A stretch of 64,000 nt of DNA from an uncultured Actinomycetota bacterium (GTDB taxonomy: Bacteria > Actinomycetota > Actinomycetes > Streptosporangiales > Streptosporangiaceae), in NCBI GenBank assembly GCA_963718765.1, contig CAVQZV010000015.1, positions 4,053 through 68,052 of the forward strand, given 5' to 3'. This document shows, piece by piece, positions 57,194-64,000 of this stretch; position 1 is the stretch's first letter, and every line of letters starts with the position of its first letter. The position numbers and the translations under genes were made by a program. The notes beneath the pieces are model-generated. The model saw only the letters and a program-made list of their open reading frames with translations. It had not been told where the DNA came from and did no database searches.

Positions 57194-58540
57194 ATGCGCG
57201 CGAAAGCAGCCAACCGCAGGAAGCAAGTGAGCAGGACGTTCGCTCGTGTGTTCGCCGGCTGGCGGACGGGCCTGTCGGGGCCCGTCATCGTTCTTCAGGC
57301 TGGAACCGCGGTCAACTACTTCGGCACTGGGCTGGTGCTTCCCTTCGAGATCATCTACCTGCACCAGGCCCGCGGCTTCCCAACGGCAACTGCGGGGCTG
57401 GTGCTGGCGGCGGTCATGGGCACGGCGGCGGTCGTAACGCCCTTTTCGGGTGCGCTGCTCGATCGTTTCCGTGCGAAGCCGATCCTGATTACCGGCAATC
57501 TCGCGAGCGCAGTGGGCTACGCGGGCTTCGCATTCGTCGACCGTCCCTGGCAAGCCTTCGTCTGCTCGGCCGTCGGCGGCGCCGGGTTCGGAGTCGCGAA
57601 TACCGCGAACCAGGTTCTGAGCCTGACCCTGGTCTCAGCGGAGCAGCGCGCCTCCTCGATCGCGCTCCGCCGAGTCGCAGGCAACTTCGGCCTTGGCAGC
57701 GGTGCGACAGTTGCGGGCTTCATCGTCGCTGCCGCCAATAACCTCCGCGCATTCCAGGCGCTCTACCTCTTCGACGGCGTCACCTTCGCTGTCTTCGCGC
57801 TGGTTGTACTCGTGGGGATCCCGAATCCTCGCCTTGCGAATGCTGCGCCGACGAGCGACCGGGAAACAGGCTTCCGAGCAGTTGCTCACGATCGGCTCTT
57901 CCTCATCCTGATCGCCGCCAACATCGTGCTCGTGATGACCGGCGGCGCGCTCTTTTCCAACATCCTCCCGCCGTTTGCGAAGACGCACACGCCTGTCGGA
58001 CCGGGCGAGATCGGCATCGTCATCTTCATCAACACCTTCTTCATCGTCGTCGCGCAGATTCCAGCCACACGGGTCGTCAAGCGGATGCGCCGCGCACACG
58101 CACTTGCCGCTACCAGCGCGCTATTCGCACTCGGCCTGCTCGCGGTCCTGCTCGCAACGCTCACGAGCTCGACGCTCACCGCTACCACCGTCTTGGCTGG
58201 GGTCGCGATCGTGATCGCGATCGGTGAGTGCGCGCAGTTCATCGTGCTCGGCCCAATCGTCGCCGACCTCGCACCGCCGCATCTGCTCGGCCGCTACATG
58301 TCGCTCTACGGCCTCACCTTCACGGTAGGCGTGGCCCTCGGCCCCGCGGTCGGCGGCGCGCTGCTCGCAACGTCACCCGACGCCGTCTGGTGGGGGGGCG
58401 CCTTGACGGCAGCACTGATCGGAGCCGGGTTGCTGCGACTAGGCGACCGGATACCCGACCCGCTCTTGCAGACGCCATCCCCTCCGCCGCAAGCGGCACC
58501 AGAGGCGATGCGGGATTCCCCTGAAAGTGTGGAGACCTGA
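57194..58540 (+). CDS. MFS transporter (paralogue of 61314..62600)
   Basis: 12-TM-like hydrophobic profile. LVLPFEIIYLHQARGFP matches LVIAFTLIYLHQARGIA in the paralogue. Start ATG 57194 or 57173; the tracked ORF start 56750 is read-through. Confidence 0.85.
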   Translation: MRAKAANRRKQVSRTFARVFAGWRTGLSGPVIVLQAGTAVNYFGTGLVLPFEIIYLHQARGFPTATAGLVLAAVMGTAAVVTPFSGALLDRFRAKPILITGNLASAVGYAGFAFVDRPWQAFVCSAVGGAGFGVANTANQVLSLTLVSAEQRASSIALRRVAGNFGLGSGATVAGFIVAAANNLRAFQALYLFDGVTFAVFALVVLVGIPNPRLANAAPTSDRETGFRAVAHDRLFLILIAANIVLVMTGGALFSNILPPFAKTHTPVGPGEIGIVIFINTFFIVVAQIPATRVVKRMRRAHALAATSALFALGLLAVLLATLTSSTLTATTVLAGVAIVIAIGECAQFIVLGPIVADLAPPHLLGRYMSLYGLTFTVGVALGPAVGGALLATSPDAVWWGGALTAALIGAGLLRLGDRIPDPLLQTPSPPPQAAPEAMRDSPESVET

Positions 58541-58703
58541 ATAAAGCAGATCTTGGTTGTGCCTGGTTCTCCGTAGCTGCCATGACACCGGCGGAGCGCA
58601 AGCGCTGTGAAGGTGGAGACGCCGCAGCAAAGCGAGGACGTACGACCTTGACCGCGGCAAGCTCCGGCCGATGCTGGGCGACGGAGAAGCAGACTCGTCA
58701 TGG

Positions 58704-59005
58704 TCAGGTCGCCTCCTTCGCGCGTTCGGCGAGCAGCTGCTCGTAGACCCCGGCGGGAGTTTCTGGCAGGCCGAGTGCCGCCGGCGGGTGTTGTAGTCCT
58801 CGATCCACGCCGCGACCGCGGCCCGGGCCTGCACCCTGGTGGCGAAGCGCTGCAGCGACCGCAGCTCGAACTCCAGGGTGGAGTGCCACGATTTCGATGA
58901 TCGCGTTATCGAGAGCGGACCCGGGACGGCTTATGGACTGGGCGATGGAAAGCCGCTAGCAGGCCTGCCGGAAGGTCCCGGCGGTGTACTCGGCTGCCCC
59001 GCCCG
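58704..59005 (-). pseudogene. frameshifted 3' remnant of an IS3-family transposase (rve C-terminus)
   Basis: Pieces in different frames: AEYTAGTFRQAC*RLSIAQSISRPGSALDNAIIE / SWHSTLEFELRSLQRFATRVQARAAVAAWIEDYNTRRRHSA / LGLPETPAGVYEQLLAERAKEAT*. Confidence 0.7.
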
Positions 59006-59687
59006 CGCGCTCGGCCAGCAAGTCGCCGGGACAGCGACCCGACTCAACAAGATCAGCGAGGTCAGCCACGGCCGGCCTGAGCTCGGCCGGAACACGGCCG
59101 GCAGCGATCGCCACACAGCGGCGCACGGACGTGGCCAGCGCGGCGTTGGCGAGCCCGTCCCTGGTCGCCTCGGTCCACAACTGCGCCGCCGGCTCGGCCG
59201 CCGCGGTCGCGAGGTCGGCCGCGACCGGGTCGTCCATCAGGGTGGCTGTGACTGCCGCGATCGCCGGCCACCACCGTGGCGCGGACATGTCCAGGTAGCG
59301 CACTTCCAGGTAGCCACGCAGCCGGACCGGCGGGAACAGCGTGCTCAGGTGCGTCTCGAGGTCCGCGGCCGTGGGCGGCCGGTTGCCCAGCTTGACCGCA
59401 CCGCTGGCCCACAGCGAGAACGGGACTGAGCAGCCCACCGCCAGGACGTCGTCGCCCCCGCGCACGAACGTGACCGGGGCGCACATCGCGAACCTGGCCC
59501 AGGCTGAGGCGGGATCGAGCGCCTCGTCGCAGCCGTTCTTCGGAGCGCAGCCCGGCACCGGGCCGCACGTGCGCGCGTCGAGCCGGCTCCAGGCCCGCTG
59601 CCGGACGGACTCCAGCCCGTATCGCCGCATCCCCCCGCGCAGCCTGCGGATGCGGAAGAACTCGTTCGGCGCGCGCAGCCTCTCCAT
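59006..59687 (-). pseudogene. C-terminal half of a glutamate--cysteine ligase (plant-type/EgtA-like), truncated at the 5' end
   Basis: HLSTLFPPVRLRGYLEVRYLDMSAPRWWPAIAAVTATLMDDP. Only ~230 codons, and the tracked ORF 58956..59687 runs on into the IS remnant. Boundary approximate. Confidence 0.6.
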
Positions 59688-59699
59688 GGCCGGTGCTGG

Positions 59700-60713
59700 C
59701 TACCTCCCCGGGAGTGAGCGCGGTAGCCCGAACCACGGCAGCACGCTGGCCTCGAAGCGGGTCATGCCGCAGATCTGGCCGCCGGCGAGGGTGAGCACCC
59801 AGAAGGCCGTCGCGTGGCGGATGCCGTCCGGGCCGCGCAGGTAGGCTCCGAACGCGGGCTGGCCGTTGGCTCGGGTCGGGACGAGGCCGTACCTGCGGCC
59901 GGCGGCGAACTGGCGGGTGCAGTAGCGGGTCACGAGGTCTCGGCCCTCGTATCCGAAGGGCTCCGGAGGCATCGCGATGAAGACGTCGTCGGTCAGCAGG
60001 GCCACCAGCGCGTCGAGGTCGGCCGACTCCCACGCGCGGGCGAACTTGGACACGATCGCGTCCTCGGCGGGTGAGCCAGCGGCCGGTGGCGGTTGGTGGC
60101 CGGCCGCTGGCTGCGGCTGGCGCTGGAGGCTGGCGCGGGCCCGTTTGAGGGTACTGTTCGCCGAGTCGAGGGTCACCTCCAGCATGCCGGCCACCTCGCT
60201 GGCGTGGAATCCAAGGACGTCGCGCAAGATGAGGACGGCGACCTGGCGTGGCGGCAGCAGCTGCAGGGCGGTCACGAAGGCCAGCGAGATGGCTTCGGTC
60301 TGCTCGTAGCGGGCCTCCGGCCCGGGCGGCACGTCGACGGCACCCTCGAGGAGGGCGTCAGGAAACGGCTGCAGCCAGACCGGCTCGTCGCGCGGGGTCG
60401 GCACGGGCGGTTCGAACCGCGACATATCCCACTCCCTGGCCGGGCGCCGGCTCGCTGCGCGGCGCGTGTTGAGGCACCGGTTGGTGGCAATCTTGTACAG
60501 CCAGGTACGCAGCGAGGCGCGTTGCTCGGTGAACCCGCCGATGCCTTGCCAGGCGGCCAGCATCGTCTCCTGGACAGCGTCCTCGGCGTCGGCGAAGGAT
60601 CCGAGCATCCGGTAGCAGTGCACCTGCAGCTCCCGCCGGTGCGGCCCGGTCAGCTCCCGGAACGCCTCGCCATCGCCGGCCCGTGCCCGTGAGAGCAGAT
60701 CGGCTGTCACCAT
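59700..60713 (-). CDS. ECF-type sigma-70 factor with a C-terminal SnoaL/NTF2-like extension (SigG/SigJ-like)
   Basis: Region 2 (FRELTGPHRRELQVHCYRMLGSFADAEDAVQET), region 4 (LPPRQVAVLILRDVLGFHASEVAGML), ~130-aa C-terminal domain. GGGGAAGGAGGG RBS. Confidence 0.88.
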   Translation of the reverse strand: MVTADLLSRARAGDGEAFRELTGPHRRELQVHCYRMLGSFADAEDAVQETMLAAWQGIGGFTEQRASLRTWLYKIATNRCLNTRRAASRRPAREWDMSRFEPPVPTPRDEPVWLQPFPDALLEGAVDVPPGPEARYEQTEAISLAFVTALQLLPPRQVAVLILRDVLGFHASEVAGMLEVTLDSANSTLKRARASLQRQPQPAAGHQPPPAAGSPAEDAIVSKFARAWESADLDALVALLTDDVFIAMPPEPFGYEGRDLVTRYCTRQFAAGRRYGLVPTRANGQPAFGAYLRGPDGIRHATAFWVLTLAGGQICGMTRFEASVLPWFGLPRSLPGR

Positions 60714-60758
60714 CCTGCGCGCCCTCCTTCCCCATCACGTGACGCTTCCACCCGTATT

Positions 60759-60863
60759 TACACCGCCCAGGGGGCGAACTGGGCGGCTCGCGGCCGCCCA
60801 GTTTCCCGGCGCCGCGGTGTATGCACTACCGACCGCCCGAACGATCCGAGCGGCGGATCGTGC
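60759..60863 (+). promoter_or_regulatory. conserved structured leader / divergent promoter block (paralogue at 56962-57070)
   Basis: Nested palindrome TACACCGC...AACTGGGCGGC-tcgcg-GCCGCCCAGTT...GCGGTGTA, plus hairpin ACGATCCG-agcgg-CGGATCGT 11 nt before the ridA RBS. Confidence 0.5.
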
Positions 60864-60889
60864 TTGGCGCAACAGGAGGAACCGCCGTC

Positions 60890-61306
60890 ATGACCGAGCT
60901 CATCAGCCCGCCCGGCGCCCCCGTGGCGGCCGGCCCGTACTCTCCCGGCCTGCTGACCGGCGACTGGATCTTCCTGTCCGGTCAGGGCGGCTTCGACCCG
61001 GAGACAGGCGAGCTGGTCAGCGACAATATCGCCGACCAGACCGCACAAGTGTTCCGCAACATCGAGGTTCTGCTGCGCGCGGTCGGCGCGTCGCTCGACG
61101 ACGTCGTCTCCTGCCTCGTGCACCTGAGCGATCTCAGGCAGTTCGCCGAGTTCAACGCCAGCTACGCAAAGCAGTTCCCAGGCCCGGTAAAGCCGGCTCG
61201 CACTACGGTGGGCAGCAACCTGGTGGCCGGAATGCGGGTGGAAGTGACAGTAGTCGCCCGCAGGCCAGGCGGCACGCCTAGCGCCGGCGCCCCGGCGGGC
61301 AAGTGA
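60890..61306 (+). CDS. RidA/YjgF-family reactive-intermediate deaminase
   Basis: ATG 60890 with AGGAGGA RBS; PVAAGPYSPGLLTGDWIFLSGQGGFDPETGELV...RTTVGSNLVAGMRVEVTVVA. Confidence 0.9.
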   Translation: MTELISPPGAPVAAGPYSPGLLTGDWIFLSGQGGFDPETGELVSDNIADQTAQVFRNIEVLLRAVGASLDDVVSCLVHLSDLRQFAEFNASYAKQFPGPVKPARTTVGSNLVAGMRVEVTVVARRPGGTPSAGAPAGK

Positions 61307-61313
61307 GGGAAGC

Positions 61314-62600
61314 GTGCCCGGTTCCGCCCTGCCGCGCGCGACCCGCCTGTTCCTGGCGGGCAACGCGGTGGCGATGACCGGCAACGGACTGGTCATCGCG
61401 TTCACCCTCATCTACCTGCACCAGGCCCGCGGCATCGCGCTCCCCGTCGTGGGCCTGCTCCTGGCGGCAGGGGCGGCCGCCGGCCTCCTGGCCGTGACCG
61501 TCTCCGGTATCCTGCTCGACCGGCTCGGCGCGCGCCGGGTGCTCACGGGCATCATCCTGGGCCAGGCGACCGCCCAGGTACTGCTCGCCTGGGCCCACAA
61601 TGCCGCAACCGCGCTCCCCGCCCTGCTCCTCTACGGAGCGACCTGGGCACCGATGTTCCCAGCCATCGCAACCGTGATCGCCGAGCTGACCCCGGATCCA
61701 GACGCCCAGCAGCGCGTGTTCGCCATCAACTTCACCGCGCAGAACGCCGCGATCGGGATCGGCACGGTACTCGGAGCCGCCGTCGCGAACGTGCATCATC
61801 CCGGGTCTTTCCAGGCCCTGTTCCTGGCCAACGCGGTATCGTGCCTGATCTTCGCCGTGGCGCTGACCTTCCTGCCCGCTCTGCGCACCGCGCCCGCAAG
61901 GAAAGAGCCGCGAGCCGGCTACCGGGACGTGCTTGCCCGCACTGGCCTGCGCCTGGTCCTGGTGGCATCGCTCCTCGTTGCCTTCACCGCGTACCCGGCG
62001 TTTGACTCTGGCCTTCCGGCCTACGCGTCAGTCGAAGCGCACGTGTCGGCGCGTGTCGTAGCCTTGTCGCTCACCGTCAACACCGCCCTCATCGTGCTCG
62101 CCCAGCTGTTCGTGCTGCGCCGCGTCCGCCGCGCCCGGCGAAGCAGCGCGCTTGCCATCAGCGGGCTGATCCTCGCCGCCTCCTGGGCGGTGTTCGGCCT
62201 CGCCGCGCTGCCGGTCGCGGCCACCGAGCGAATTGCTTTCGTGTTCGGCTTCACTGCGCTGTTCGGGCTCGGCGAGACCGTGCTGGCACCCACTGTGAGC
62301 CCGCTTGTCAATCGCCTGACCGACGACAGGCTCCGCGGGCGGGCCAACTCACTCGCCGCCCTCTCCCAGTCTCTGGCGTTCATCATCTGCCCCGCACTGG
62401 CAACCGGCTTCATCGCCGCCGGTGCAGCCGCGGTCTGGATTGGCCTGCTGTGTGCCGGCTGCCTCGCCACCGTCGCCGTCGGAGCCCGGCTTCGCCGCGC
62501 GCTGACCTCAGACCAGGACCATGTGACCGAAGCGCCCGCGACCCGGCCTGAGCCGGTGGCAGGCCGCCGTCGCGCAGCGCGGTCCGGGGCGCGTTGCTGA
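61314..62600 (+). CDS. MFS transporter
   Basis: 428-aa hydrophobic ORF 8 nt after ridA. Confidence 0.88.
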   Translation: MPGSALPRATRLFLAGNAVAMTGNGLVIAFTLIYLHQARGIALPVVGLLLAAGAAAGLLAVTVSGILLDRLGARRVLTGIILGQATAQVLLAWAHNAATALPALLLYGATWAPMFPAIATVIAELTPDPDAQQRVFAINFTAQNAAIGIGTVLGAAVANVHHPGSFQALFLANAVSCLIFAVALTFLPALRTAPARKEPRAGYRDVLARTGLRLVLVASLLVAFTAYPAFDSGLPAYASVEAHVSARVVALSLTVNTALIVLAQLFVLRRVRRARRSSALAISGLILAASWAVFGLAALPVAATERIAFVFGFTALFGLGETVLAPTVSPLVNRLTDDRLRGRANSLAALSQSLAFIICPALATGFIAAGAAAVWIGLLCAGCLATVAVGARLRRALTSDQDHVTEAPATRPEPVAGRRRAARSGARC

Positions 62601-62754
62601 CCGGGCTGCTGGCCGCGGTGTTCGAGCCCAGCTTGGATAGCAGGCTCCCGCCGGAGTCGCTGTAGGGGGCCGCGAAGATCTGGGGTGGCCGCAGATCGCG
62701 GGAGGCGCTCCATCGTTCAAGACGGTTTCTGCGTCTGCGGGTACCGTCTGAAAA

Positions 62755-63477
62755 GTGACCGGAAGCGAGCTACGACGGGCAGGGATGCTGATGGAGTTCG
62801 GCGGCCTTTCGACGCCACTGGTGGCCGATGCCTGTGTCCGCGTGGGAGTGCCGCTGCGGGTCGCGCCGCCGGGGATCGGCGCCGTCATCCCTGGACAGCG
62901 GATCGCCGGACGGGCACTGCCGGCCCGCCACTTCGGCAGCGTTGATGTGTTCTTGGAAGCCTTCAGCGGCGCAGCGCTTGGCGACGTCCTGGTCGTCGAC
63001 AACGGCGGGCGGGAAGATGAGGCGTGCGTCGGCGATCTGGTCGTGCTGGAGGCACAAGCGGCAGGGGTCGGCGGAGTGGCGGTGTGGGGACTGCACCGAG
63101 ATACGGCGGAACTGACCCAGATCGCCCTGCCGGTATTCAGCTACGGCCGCTGCCCGGCCGGCCCTGTTCGCCTCGATGAGCAAGAACCATCCGCGCTGGC
63201 CAGCGCACGGTTCGGGGCATGCCTAGTCACCCGCGACGACATCGTATTCGGCGACGACGACGGCGTGGTGTTCGTCGCGGCCAGCCAGGCTGAGGAGGTC
63301 CTCGCCGTAGCCCGGCAGATTGGCGATGTCGAGCAGGATCAGGCCCGTAAGATCCAGGCGGGTCAGACCCTGCGCCAGCAGACAGCTTTCAGCGAATACC
63401 TGGCGCGGCGGGCAGCCGAACCGTCCTACACCTTCCGGCGGCACCTGCGGCGGATCGGCGGTGCCATCGAGGAGTAG
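62755..63477 (+). CDS. RraA-family protein (RNase E regulator / 4-hydroxy-4-methyl-2-oxoglutarate aldolase fold)
   Basis: LSTPLVADACVRVGV...GDVLVVDNGGREDEACVGDLVVLEAQAAGVGGVAVWGLHRD. Start may be ATG 62785. Confidence 0.82.
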   Translation: MTGSELRRAGMLMEFGGLSTPLVADACVRVGVPLRVAPPGIGAVIPGQRIAGRALPARHFGSVDVFLEAFSGAALGDVLVVDNGGREDEACVGDLVVLEAQAAGVGGVAVWGLHRDTAELTQIALPVFSYGRCPAGPVRLDEQEPSALASARFGACLVTRDDIVFGDDDGVVFVAASQAEEVLAVARQIGDVEQDQARKIQAGQTLRQQTAFSEYLARRAAEPSYTFRRHLRRIGGAIEE

Positions 63478-63603
63478 GCGGCCCTGATGGCCAGCCGCCA
63501 CCGGCGACTCGCCCGGACTGGTGGTCACCCACCACGTCGCGCGCCGGTCAGCAAATGCGCACCGTGCTATAGATCCCCAGCGCCGCGCGTGAACGAGCGC
63601 TTC

Positions 63604-64000
63604 GTAACCGCCGCTATGGAAGGCTGTCTAATCTTCTGCCCGGTCATTGGCCTGGCGTCCTAAACGAGACGTTGCCGGAGGCAGCGTCGGCCCGCATCGG
63701 GTCAGTACGTGCGACACGGCCTATCTCATGTCCAATGGCGAATCGCGGGCGTGGAGCCGGCGCAGCCGCCGCCCCAGGCGTCTTGCTGTTGGGTGGTTCT
63801 CCTATTTGGCTCCGGCCGCGGCGCATAGCCAGTTCGGGAAGTCTGCGCCTGCTCTGGCTGCGACCGGAGTCAGCATGTGACCCGCGTCTCCTACGACCTT
63901 GGCTCGACGACCCTGGGCACGATCCAGCGGTGCTTGCCGATCTTGCGGTCACGGGTGAACCCGAGCTTCTGGTAGGTCGACAAGGCACCGTTGAACAGGA
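63604..64000. repeat. direct repeat copy 2 (includes the same GNAT-like 3' end, minus strand from 63891)
   Basis: Matches 56363-56759 at an offset of 7241 bp; truncated by the window edge. Confidence 0.9.

Noticed and set aside
1-64000. Search for tRNA, rRNA, tmRNA and SRP RNA genes, TPP riboswitches near thiL/thiD, and CRISPR arrays.
   Set aside because: Scanning by eye I found no T-loop-like GGTTCGAATCC/GGTTCAAxTCC motifs with matching acceptor stems and no rRNA-like stretches. The thiD upstream gap (26 nt) is too short for a riboswitch. A covariance-model scan would be needed to be certain.

Overview
Visibly high-GC (roughly 70% by eye, not computed) actinobacterial chromosome segment in two parts. 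(A) 1 to ~29.8 kb is a conserved housekeeping block. From memory it is colinear with the M. tuberculosis Rv2986c-Rv2898c region: pntAa/Ab/B, hup, ddl, gpsA, acyltransferase, fbiD, thiL, thiD, rpmB, recG, rsmD, coaD, DUF177-rpmF, rnc, mutM, acyP, smc, ftsY, ffh, rpsP, KH protein, rimM, trmD, rplS, two lepB, rnhB, DUF2469, yraN. (B) ~29.8-64 kb is accessory and mosaic. It starts with a BBE-type FAD oxidase plus a 1033-aa SARP-NTPase-TPR regulator, bracketed by a duplicated yraN 3' end. Next comes a CYTH-CHAD / S1 protease / MoxR / DUF58 / 2x VWA cluster, then small regulator-effector pairs (LuxR/DUF4242, ArsR/SRPBCC, HTH/Clp_N with tandem operators). An intact-looking IS256 element and an IS3-family element follow; the IS3 splits a type IB topoisomerase gene. 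The window ends in a rearranged region: an ECF sigma (SnoaL-like C-terminus)-RidA-MFS-RraA module, a degenerate paralogous copy of its promoter and sigma 5' end, gene and IS relics, and a nearly identical direct repeat of at least 397 bp spaced 7241 bp apart. I found no rRNA, tRNA or CRISPR. No single clearly novel system stands out. The best candidates are the HTH/Clp_N cassette, the yraN-bracketed regulator/oxidase insertion with SARP-like heptamer repeats, the protease-MoxR-VWA cluster, and the duplicated structured sigma/transporter leader. All homology calls come from motif recognition by eye, not from database searches.
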